A DNA stretch of 64,000 nt from Kitasatospora sp. NPDC096147 (lineage in GTDB: Bacteria > Actinomycetota > Actinomycetes > Streptomycetales > Streptomycetaceae). The DNA is taken from the NCBI RefSeq assembly GCF_044763225.1, contig NZ_JBIWFX010000002.1:487080-551079 (forward strand). The letters are read 5' to 3'. A program made the position numbers and the translations under genes. The notes under the pieces are model-generated. The model did no database searches. It was not told where the DNA came from and saw nothing but the letters and a program-made list of their open reading frames with translations. Below, in pieces: positions 57,093-64,000 of the stretch (its first letter is position 1; each line of letters starts with the position of its first letter).

Positions 57093-57513
57093 CGCCGCCC
57101 CCGTCCTCCTGGTGTCCCGCTCGGCTCAGGTTGCCGACGATCCGCTCCAGCACCCGTACCGTGGTGCGGTAGTCCTGGTCGGAGACGCCCGCCGTGGCGG
57201 TGGCCCGGAACGCCGCCACCCGGGTGCCCGCCTCGGCCAGGCAGCGGCTCCCCGTATCGGTGAGGGCGAGGTGCCCTGCGGCCGGCCGGGTCAACCAGCC
57301 TGTGCGGAGCAGGAGTTCGATGGTCTCGGTGAGCTCGCTCGGGGTGGCGTTGGCCGCCAGTTCGGCGTGCACGGCCCGGTCGGTGGTGGACTCGCGGGCG
57401 GAGCCGAGCAGCTGCCAGCCGAGGCGGGTCAGGTCGTGGTCGGCCAGCAGTTCGTCCATCCGGAGGGTGAGCGCCCGGTCGGTGCGGTTGAGCCAGTAGC
57501 CGATCGGCTTCAC
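57055..57513 (-). CDS. MarR-family transcriptional regulator
   Basis: 152 aa with a winged HTH. Its 3' end overlaps ohrR convergently by ~37 bp. Confidence 0.6.
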   Translation of the reverse strand: MKPIGYWLNRTDRALTLRMDELLADHDLTRLGWQLLGSARESTTDRAVHAELAANATPSELTETIELLLRTGWLTRPAAGHLALTDTGSRCLAEAGTRVAAFRATATAGVSDQDYRTTVRVLERIVGNLSRAGHQEDGGGVSPRRQQHPERS

Positions 57514-57624
57514 GGGGGGCTCCTTCGAGCGGTCGATGCGGAGGTCGGTCCGTACGGGGTGTGTCGGGGTGTGTCGGTCGGGGCCGGCTGCGTCGGTGCG
57601 TCGGTGCGTGCAGGTGTCGGTGTG

Positions 57625-58470
57625 TCAGTGCGGCGCGAAGGCGGCGGCGTTCTCCCGGGCCCACTGGTGGAAGGTGCGGGCGGGGCGGCCGAGCAGGGTC
57701 GCGGTGGTGTCGTGGACGGTGGCCGGCCGGCCGTCGGCGGCGGCCCAGAGGTCCAGGAGGGCCGAGACCATGGTGTGCGGCCGGTACCGGGACATCTGCG
57801 CCTCGGCCTCGGCGCGGCTGACGCGCTCGATCTCGATGGGGTGGCCGCCGGCCTCGGCCAGTACGGCGAGCTGGGTGCGGAAGCTGAGCGATTCGGGGCC
57901 GGTCAGGGTGACGGAGCGGCCGGCCAGCGGGCCGCCGGTGAGGGCGTCGAGGGCGAGGTCGGCGAGGTCCTCCGGGTGGATCGGGGCCGTCTCCGCGTCC
58001 GGGTAGGCGAGCGGTACGGCGAGGGCGCGGCCGGCCAGGGGTGCCCAGCCGAGGGCATTGCTGGCGAAGGCGTCCGGACGCAGGAAGGTGCTGGGGACCC
58101 CGGCGGCCGTCAGGGCCTGCTCGACCCGCAGGCTGTGCCCGGCCAGCGGGTCGGCGGCGGCGTCTGGGCCGGTGACGGTCGATGAGGAGAGCAGCACGGC
58201 GTGCTCCACCCCGGCCGACTCGGCGGCCCGGATGAACGCCGTGATGCCGGCCGGCTCGGGGTAGAGGAAGACCTGCCGCACGCCGCGCAGCGCGGCCTCG
58301 AAGGTCTCCGGCCGGTCCAGTGCGAGCTCGGCGGTCTCGACGCCGGCGGGGGCCGTGATCTCGGTAGGCACGGAGCCGGCGGCGCGTACGACGTGGCCGG
58401 TGGCGGCCAGGCGGGCGGTGACGGCGCGGGCGACCCTGCCGCGGGCGCCGGTGACGAGGACGGTGGACAT
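57625..58470 (-). CDS. NmrA-like / atypical SDR NAD(P)H-binding protein
   Basis: MSTVLVTGARGRVARAV shows the GxxGxxG fold. Confidence 0.75.
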   Translation of the reverse strand: MSTVLVTGARGRVARAVTARLAATGHVVRAAGSVPTEITAPAGVETAELALDRPETFEAALRGVRQVFLYPEPAGITAFIRAAESAGVEHAVLLSSSTVTGPDAAADPLAGHSLRVEQALTAAGVPSTFLRPDAFASNALGWAPLAGRALAVPLAYPDAETAPIHPEDLADLALDALTGGPLAGRSVTLTGPESLSFRTQLAVLAEAGGHPIEIERVSRAEAEAQMSRYRPHTMVSALLDLWAAADGRPATVHDTTATLLGRPARTFHQWARENAAAFAPH

Positions 58471-58503
58471 GAGGGCTCCCTGGTGATTGCTCGCTGAAGA
58501 CAT

Positions 58504-58521
58504 ATGCATGCTTGCATGCAT
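58504..58521. promoter_or_regulatory. Perfect palindrome ATGCATGC-TT-GCATGCAT (two SphI sites) in divergent promoter region, candidate MarR operator
   Basis: 8-bp perfect arms, flanked by further partial symmetry (ACAT...ATGT). It lies between the divergent NmrA-like and MarR genes. Confidence 0.5.
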
Positions 58522-58575
58522 GTATCTGTGGGTCAACACATTCCTTCACGAGGGCATCCGGTTTACGATGGCGCC

Positions 58576-59058
58576 ATGACCAAGCACCAGGCGGACGAGG
58601 CCGAAGCGCTGCTCGACGCGGTCGGCCCGGCCTTCGGCAAGCTGCGGCGCTCCTCCCTGCTGGAGGTCGCCGAGCCGATCTCCCCCAAGGACCTGTCCCG
58701 CACGCTGGTGCTCAACATCGTGCTGGAGGCCGAGCAGGACGACGGCCGCGAGGTCACCGTCGGGGCGGTGGCCGAGCACCTCGGAGTGGACCCGTCGGTG
58801 GCCAGCCGGATGGTCTCCGACTCGATCGGCGCGGGCCATCTGGAGCGGGGTGCCTCGCAGCAGGACGGCCGCCGCAGCGTGCTGCACCTCACCGATCAGG
58901 GACGGGAGTTGATGGCCCGCTTCCGCCGTCACCAGCGCGCCGCCTACGACCAGATCACCGCCGACTGGAGTGAGCGGGACCGGGTCGAGCTGGCTCGGCT
59001 GATGCTCCGTTACGTGTCCTGCCAGGAGGCGCTGCGCGGGCGGGCCAAGGGCGCTTGA
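58576..59058 (+). CDS. MarR-family transcriptional regulator
   Basis: ATG start. A winged HTH (RTLVLNIVLEAEQ...VGAVAEHLGVDPSVASRMV) is present. Confidence 0.8.
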   Translation: MTKHQADEAEALLDAVGPAFGKLRRSSLLEVAEPISPKDLSRTLVLNIVLEAEQDDGREVTVGAVAEHLGVDPSVASRMVSDSIGAGHLERGASQQDGRRSVLHLTDQGRELMARFRRHQRAAYDQITADWSERDRVELARLMLRYVSCQEALRGRAKGA

Positions 59059-59609
59059 CCGGGGTGGCCTTCCTGGTGGAGCCGACCTCTCGGCACGATC
59101 TGGTGCGGGTCCTGGTCACCGGGCGGCCGCGGCCGCAGCACCTCCGGGCAGTGGTCCAGGAGGTCTACTCCGCACGGGAGTTCTGGCTGCGCCCGGGGGA
59201 GGACTTCGAGTTCGTCCACCGGTCGACCGCCTGGGCGCAGCACGCTCCGGAGCCCGGTGACGAGGTGCTGCTCTTCCTCGCCCCGGTCCACGGCCGCTGG
59301 TACCAGGACACGCGTGGCAGCGACCTGACGGTGGACGGCTCCGGTGCCCGGCTGCGCTACCGGGCCGAGCACGCCGCCGTGCTGGGCTCGGCGGAGGTGC
59401 CGGCCGTGCTCCGGGAGGGCTGCCTGCCGCACCCGGAGCGGCCCGGGTACGTCACCTTCGACCGGGTGCTGATGGAGGCTCACCTGCGTGCGGTGATCGC
59501 CGGCGCGGGGCTGCCGACCGCGCCGTGGTCGGGCCGGCAGCGGCGCGCCGAGGCCGTCAAGCGCCGCTGGCCGCGCCTGCGGCTGCGCTGGTCGGACCTG
59601 CTGCGCTGA
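59055..59609 (+). CDS. Hypothetical protein (184 aa), translationally coupled to MarR (TTGA overlap)
   Basis: ORF with typical bias. No family recognised. Confidence 0.4.
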   Translation: MTGVAFLVEPTSRHDLVRVLVTGRPRPQHLRAVVQEVYSAREFWLRPGEDFEFVHRSTAWAQHAPEPGDEVLLFLAPVHGRWYQDTRGSDLTVDGSGARLRYRAEHAAVLGSAEVPAVLREGCLPHPERPGYVTFDRVLMEAHLRAVIAGAGLPTAPWSGRQRRAEAVKRRWPRLRLRWSDLLR

Positions 59610-59612
59610 CCT

Positions 59613-59660
59613 GTAGCCGTAGCCGTAGCCGTAGCCGTAGCCGTAGCCGTAGCCGTGCCC
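59613..59660. repeat. Hexanucleotide microsatellite (GTAGCC)7 plus one degenerate unit
   Basis: Perfect 42-bp tract, intergenic between convergent genes. Confidence 0.9.
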
Positions 59661-59708
59661 GCGCCCGCCGTAGCGCCAGCGGCGGTGCCGAACGCGGCCG
59701 GGCGCGCG

Positions 59709-61127
59709 TCAGTGCCGGAAGCCGCTCCGGTCCGCGTCGGCCGGGCCGCCCTGGGTGAGGTGGGCCACGGCGTCGCGGATGTCCCGGGCGAGCAGGGCGA
59801 TCTCGTCACGGCCGACGCCGTGCCGGACCAGCACCCGCTGGATCACCGTCTCCTGCCGGTCGGCCGGCAGCGGGTAGGAGGGCACCTGCCAGCCGCGCAT
59901 CCGTAGCCGGTCGGAGAGGTCGTAGAGGCTGAAGCCGGCCGTGGCCGGGTCGGTGAGGGTGTAGGAGACGGCGGGCAGTGCACCGGTGCCGTCGTAGAGC
60001 AGCGTAAAGGGGCCCAACTCCGAGATCTCCCCGGCCAGTTGGCGAGCGGTGTCGGCGCACGCCTGCTGCACCCGGCGGTAGCCGCCCCGGCCGAGTCGCA
60101 GGAAGGCGTAGTACTGCGCGACCACCGCGCCGCCCGGGCGGGAGAAGTTGAGCGCGAAGGTCGGCATGTCGCCGCCGAGGTAGGAGACCCGGAAGACCAG
60201 CTCCTCCGGCAGGAGTTCGGCGGTGCGCCAGACGGCCCAGCCGACGCCCAGCGGGGCCAGGCCGTACTTGTGGCCGGAGGCGTTGATCGAGGCGACCCGG
60301 GGCAGTCGGAAGTCCCAGACCAGGTCGGGATGGAGGAACGGGGCCACGAAGCCGCCGCTGGCCGCGTCCACGTGCACCGGCACGTCGAGGCCGGTCTCGG
60401 CCTGGATGCGGTCCAGCTCGGCGGCGAGCTCGGCCACCGGTTCGTAGTCGCAGGTGTAGGTGACGCCCATGATGGCCACCACGCCGATGGTGTTCTCGTC
60501 GACGTACTCGCGGAGCTGGTGGGGCCGCAGGCCGGTGGCACCGGGCTCCAGCGGCGCCTGGCGCAGCTCCACGTCGAAGTACCGGGCGAACTTCTCCCAG
60601 CACACCTGCACCGGCCCGGCCACCAGGTTCGGCCGGTCGGTGGGCTTGCCCTCCCGGCGGCGGCGCTCCCGCCAGCGCCACTTGAGGGCCAGCCCGCCGA
60701 GCATCGCGGCCTCGCTGGAGCCGGTGGTGGAGCAGCCGACGGCGGTGCCGGTGCCGGATCCGGATCCGGTGCCGGATCCGGTGCCGTCGGCCGGGGCGTG
60801 CCAGAGGTCGGCCAGGATGTTGACGCAGCGGGCCTCGATCTCCGCCGTCTGCGGGTACTCGTCCTTGTCGATCAGGTTCTTGTCGAGGCACTCGACCATC
60901 AGCCGCCGGACCTCGTCATCGGTCCAGGTGGTGCAGAAGGTGGCCAGGTTCTGGGCCGCGTTGCCGTCCAGCAGCAGTTCGTTGTGGAGCAGGGCGTAGA
61001 CCACCTCGGGCCGGGAGTGCTCGGCGGGCAGGTGGTGCTTGGGCAGCACGGCCTCGCTCAGCGGCGAGGCGAACACGTCCGTGGCCCCGTCGTACGTGCC
61101 GGGCTCCCGTACCTCGTGCAGCGCCAT
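59709..61127 (-). CDS. gadB: Glutamate decarboxylase (PLP-dependent)
   Basis: Collinear with GadB. SGHKYGLAP holds the PLP lysine. A 6-residue Gly/Ser/Thr-repeat insertion (GTGSGTGSGSGTGTA) is encoded by (ggtgccggatcc)n. Confidence 0.85.
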   Translation of the reverse strand: MALHEVREPGTYDGATDVFASPLSEAVLPKHHLPAEHSRPEVVYALLHNELLLDGNAAQNLATFCTTWTDDEVRRLMVECLDKNLIDKDEYPQTAEIEARCVNILADLWHAPADGTGSGTGSGSGTGTAVGCSTTGSSEAAMLGGLALKWRWRERRRREGKPTDRPNLVAGPVQVCWEKFARYFDVELRQAPLEPGATGLRPHQLREYVDENTIGVVAIMGVTYTCDYEPVAELAAELDRIQAETGLDVPVHVDAASGGFVAPFLHPDLVWDFRLPRVASINASGHKYGLAPLGVGWAVWRTAELLPEELVFRVSYLGGDMPTFALNFSRPGGAVVAQYYAFLRLGRGGYRRVQQACADTARQLAGEISELGPFTLLYDGTGALPAVSYTLTDPATAGFSLYDLSDRLRMRGWQVPSYPLPADRQETVIQRVLVRHGVGRDEIALLARDIRDAVAHLTQGGPADADRSGFRH

Positions 61128-61295
61128 CGCTCTCCCTCTCCACCGGACGAACCGTCACCAATCGGACCATACGGTCACGGAGGACCCCGCGAAACCGGGA
61201 CTACTCCTCGGGGCCCGGCCGGAGGACGCCGACGCCCTGCGGTCCGAGCCGCGCCGGCGCCCGTCGCGGGGGCGGTCCGGAGGGCTGACGGTCGG

Positions 61296-61787
61296 TCAGT
61301 CCTCCGGGGTGAGGTAGTGGCGGCCGGGTATCTGTTCGAAGATCAGGTTGGTACGGGTCTGGGCCACCGCCGGATGGGTGGTCAGGTGGTCGACCACGAA
61401 GTCGCGCAACCCCTCGGGGCCGGCCACGCCGACGTGCAGCAGGTAGTCGTCGGAGCCGGCCATGTGGAAGACGGCCAGTACGCCGGGGAGGCCGGGGGCG
61501 GCGTTGCGGAAGCTCTCGTTCTGCTCGCGGGTGTGCGCGCGCAGCCGGACGGAGATCATCGCTTGGAGCGGCAGCCCGATCGCGGCCGGGTCCACCTCGG
61601 TCCGGAAGCCCTTGATGATGCCGCGCTCGCGGAGCGAGCGGACCCGGGCCAGGCAGGTCGAGGGTGCGATCCCGACGGCCTCGGCGAGCGCGTTGTTCGG
61701 GGTGCGGGCGTTCTCCACCAGGACCCGCAGGATCGCCTGGTCGACCGCGTCCACGGGGCCCCGGGCGGGCTGACGATAATTCGGCAC
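61296..61787 (-). CDS. Lrp/AsnC-family transcriptional regulator
   Basis: LDAVDQAILRVLVENARTPNNALAEAVGIAPSTCLARVRSLRERGIIKG is followed by a RAM domain. Confidence 0.75.
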   Translation of the reverse strand: MPNYRQPARGPVDAVDQAILRVLVENARTPNNALAEAVGIAPSTCLARVRSLRERGIIKGFRTEVDPAAIGLPLQAMISVRLRAHTREQNESFRNAAPGLPGVLAVFHMAGSDDYLLHVGVAGPEGLRDFVVDHLTTHPAVAQTRTNLIFEQIPGRHYLTPED

Positions 61788-61897
61788 GCCCCCCAGGGTC
61801 GGGGGCCCGGCCGCTGATCCGCAAGCTCCCACGACCGGATTCCGAATATCGTTCGGATCACTTTCGGTGGATCATCGGAAAACTCCATCCTGGCCGT

Positions 61898-63445
61898 ATG
61901 AGCAGCCCCGCCGTCGCCCGGCACTCCGACCCCGCGACCGGCCCGGACCCCGAGCCCGAGGCCGCCGACTTCGCGATCCCGGCCGCCGGGCTGCCCGACG
62001 CGGAGCGGCTGCGCGCGCTGGACTCGATGGACGACTACCTGACCCGCAAGCGGCAGCACCTGGTCGGTTACCAGGCGACCCAGTCGATGGCGGGCAGCGC
62101 GCTCGACCTGGCCCGCTTCATGATGAGCAACATCAACAACCTCGGGGACCCGTTCCAGAGCGGCGGCTACAAGCCCAACACCAAGGTGGTCGAGCGTGCG
62201 GTGCTCGACTACTACGCCGGGCTCTGGCACGCGGGCCGCCCGTACGACCCGGCCGACCCGGACTCGTACTGGGGCTACATGCTCTCGATGGGCTCCACCG
62301 AGGGCAACATGTACGCGCTCTGGAACGCCCGCGACTACCTGACGGTGCCGGGCTCGCCCGCCCCGGTGGCGTTCTACTCCGAGGACACCCACTACTCCTT
62401 CGCCAAGGCCGTCCGGGTGCTCGGCGTCGCGACCTTCCACGCCGTCGGCTCCGAGCTCTACCCGGACGAGTGCCCGCTCGGCGGTGCCTGGCCGACCGAG
62501 GTGCCCTCGCTGGCCGGGCCCTCCGGCCACTCCTGGGACGGGCCGGGGGCGATGGACCCGGAGCGACTCGCCCTGCTGGTGGAGTTCTTCGCGGCCAAGG
62601 GCCATCCGGTCTTCGTCAACTTCAACCTGGGCAGCACCTTCAAGGGCGCGCACGACGACGTGCGCGCCGCCGGTGAGCTGCTGCTGCCGGTCTTCGAGCG
62701 GCACGGGCTGATGGAGCGCCGGCTCGCGGACGGGACCGTCCGCCGGGGCTTCTGGATCCACGTGGACGGTGCGCTCGGCGGCGGGTACGCCCCCTTCCTG
62801 CGGATGGCGGCGGCCGACCCGCAGACGTACGGCTGGCGGCCGGAGCACGACCTGCCCGAGTTCGACTTCGGGCTGCGGCTGCCGACCGCCGCGCACGGCG
62901 AGCTGGACTTCGTCTCCTCGATCGCGATGAGCGGCCACAAGTGGGCCGGGGTGCCCTGGCCCTGCGGGGTCTTCATGACCCGGACCAAGTACCAGTTGGA
63001 GCCGCCCACCCGGCCCGAGTACATCGGCGCACCCGACTCCACCTTCGCCGGCTCGCGCAACGGCTTCTCCCCGCTGGTGCTCTGGGACCACCTCTCCCGG
63101 CACTCCTACCAGGACCAGGTGGACCGGATCCGGGAGTCGCAGCAACTGGCGGCCTACCTGGAGCGCCGGCTCGGCGAGTTGGAACGGGAGACCGGGGCCG
63201 AGCTGTGGACGGCGCGCACGCCCGGCGCGGTGACGGTGCGGTTCCGTCGGCCCGGGCCGGAGCTGGTGGCCAAGTGGTCGCTCTCCTCCGAGAGCCTGCT
63301 CACCGTGCCCGGCGATCCGGCCTCCCGGCGGGACTACGTGCACGTCTTCCTGATGCCCTCGGTGGACCGGGCCAAGCTGGACGCCCTGCTGGCCGACCTG
63401 GCCGAGGACCCGGTCTACCGCGCGGCTGCCACGGCCGCACGGTAG
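61898..63445 (+). CDS. Group II PLP-dependent decarboxylase of the histidine decarboxylase family
   Basis: SMGSTEGNMYALWNAR, FSEDTHYSFAKA, SGHKW and GSRNG blocks are collinear with bacterial histidine decarboxylases. Confidence 0.75.
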   Translation: MSSPAVARHSDPATGPDPEPEAADFAIPAAGLPDAERLRALDSMDDYLTRKRQHLVGYQATQSMAGSALDLARFMMSNINNLGDPFQSGGYKPNTKVVERAVLDYYAGLWHAGRPYDPADPDSYWGYMLSMGSTEGNMYALWNARDYLTVPGSPAPVAFYSEDTHYSFAKAVRVLGVATFHAVGSELYPDECPLGGAWPTEVPSLAGPSGHSWDGPGAMDPERLALLVEFFAAKGHPVFVNFNLGSTFKGAHDDVRAAGELLLPVFERHGLMERRLADGTVRRGFWIHVDGALGGGYAPFLRMAAADPQTYGWRPEHDLPEFDFGLRLPTAAHGELDFVSSIAMSGHKWAGVPWPCGVFMTRTKYQLEPPTRPEYIGAPDSTFAGSRNGFSPLVLWDHLSRHSYQDQVDRIRESQQLAAYLERRLGELERETGAELWTARTPGAVTVRFRRPGPELVAKWSLSSESLLTVPGDPASRRDYVHVFLMPSVDRAKLDALLADLAEDPVYRAAATAAR

Positions 63446-63521
63446 ATCCGGGTGGCCCGGCCGGGCCCGTCGCCTTGGCCGGACTGGTGCTCCTGGCGGT
63501 CCTGATGGTCCTGGTGGTCCG

Positions 63522-64000
63522 TCAGGCGGGGAGCGCCTCGACGGTCGGGACCACGGTGCCGAACAGGTCGGCGACGGTGGTCAGCGCTGCGGCCTGCAGC
63601 GTCCCGGCCGGCACCACGGAGCCGTCCGGTCCCGGCAGCGCGCGGGTCGCGGTGGCCTCGGCCACCACGGTCGGCCGGTAGCCGAGGTTGAAGGCGCCCT
63701 GGGCGGTGAAGTTCACGCACATGTGGGTCATGAAGCCGGCCAGCACCAGGGCCTTGCCGTCCTCCGGGGTGGCCCCCAACTCGCGCAGCACGCGCTCCAG
63801 TTCGGTGCCGTGGAAGGCGTTCGGCAGCTGCTTGACCACGACCGGCTCGCCCGCCGCCGGAGCGACCTCGGGGCTGATCGCGCCGATCTCGGCCCGGATG
63901 TCGTACGGGGTGCCCTCGCCGCCGTCGTTGACGACGTGGACCACCGGGGTGCCCAGCTCGCGGGCCCGGGCCAGCAGCCGGGCGCCGGCGGCGAGGGCCG
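63522..64000 (-). CDS. Isochorismatase-family hydrolase (5' end beyond window edge)
   Basis: LAGFMTHMCVN holds the catalytic Cys. The frame stays open to position 64000 (...LAAGARLLARARELGTPVVHV). Confidence 0.65.
   Translation of the reverse strand, partial: ALAAGARLLARARELGTPVVHVVNDGGEGTPYDIRAEIGAISPEVAPAAGEPVVVKQLPNAFHGTELERVLRELGATPEDGKALVLAGFMTHMCVNFTAQGAFNLGYRPTVVAEATATRALPGPDGSVVPAGTLQAAALTTVADLFGTVVPTVEALPA

Noticed and set aside
60039-63343. 592-aa plus ORF antisense to gadB/Lrp and 595-aa minus ORF antisense to the histidine decarboxylase gene
   Set aside because: Sense genes are collinear with known PLP decarboxylases. The antisense frames are compositional artefacts.

Overview
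High-GC (~72%) actinomycete chromosomal segment, Streptomyces/Kitasatospora-like, carrying about 70 genes. Every call below comes from reading the ORF translations and the nucleotide sequence by eye. No database search or alignment tool was run. Family names rest on recalled motifs and are hypotheses to verify.

Layout of the window:
1. 0.1-4.2 kb: a gamma-butyrolactone/butenolide-type autoregulator module. It holds an AfsA/ScbA-like synthase, an adjacent HAD phosphatase, a TetR receptor, a second divergent TetR 'pseudo-receptor' with a 27-bp tandem-repeat tail, and candidate ARE operator sites.
2. 4.2-5.8 kb: an IS701-like DDE transposase gene followed by an 18-bp tandem-repeat array.
3. 5.8-17.3 kb: a redox/aromatic gene set. 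A divergent extra shikimate dehydrogenase sits next to a ~10-kb co-directional array: multicopper oxidase, WrbA quinone reductase, SRPBCC protein, SDR, transaldolase, FAD aromatic hydroxylase, extra chorismate synthase, luciferase-like monooxygenase, FMN reductase, and a Xi-class GST (glutathionyl-hydroquinone reductase). A small secreted protein and an EamA exporter follow.
4. 19-33 kb: DUF1906 hydrolase, acyl-CoA ligase, a 1129-aa PAS-histidine kinase with a Pro/Ala-rich linker and two C-terminal receiver domains, two tandem tRNA-Arg(ACG) genes, a flavohemoprotein-like gene, and a 1169-aa GEVED/Ig-like surface protein co-oriented with an SPFH protein and an NlpC/P60 hydrolase.
5. 33-39 kb: aldo/keto reductase, tyrosine phosphatase, and two tandem SigB-like sigma-factor paralogs that share a near-identical ~75-bp tract.
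6. 38.5-42.8 kb: tRNA-Ser(CGA) with a Dabb protein, a micro-ORF and an HNH-nuclease gene on its 3' side, then tadA, the tadA-associated acidic protein, and upp.
7. 42.8-64 kb: housekeeping and accessory genes. These include a HerA-like ATPase, rhomboid protease, PEBP, an orphan ATCase-like enzyme, an AbiEii-like nucleotidyltransferase, a KTSC protein, an HhH-GPD protein, a 1071-aa SARP/AfsR-like regulator, an imine-reductase-like oxidoreductase, ohr/ohrR, MarR regulators with a perfect palindromic operator, a (GTAGCC)7 microsatellite, glutamate decarboxylase, and an Lrp-histidine-decarboxylase pair.

No rRNA, CRISPR array, integrase or complete prophage was seen. Many long ORFs in the supplied track are antisense or alternate-frame artefacts of GC-rich DNA.

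The most interesting candidate system is the autoregulator synthase/receptor/pseudo-receptor/phosphatase module. It is physically linked to the co-directional quinone/aromatic-redox array, which carries dedicated copies of shikimate-pathway enzymes. This suggests a cryptic, signal-controlled pathway for a chorismate- or hydroquinone-derived metabolite.
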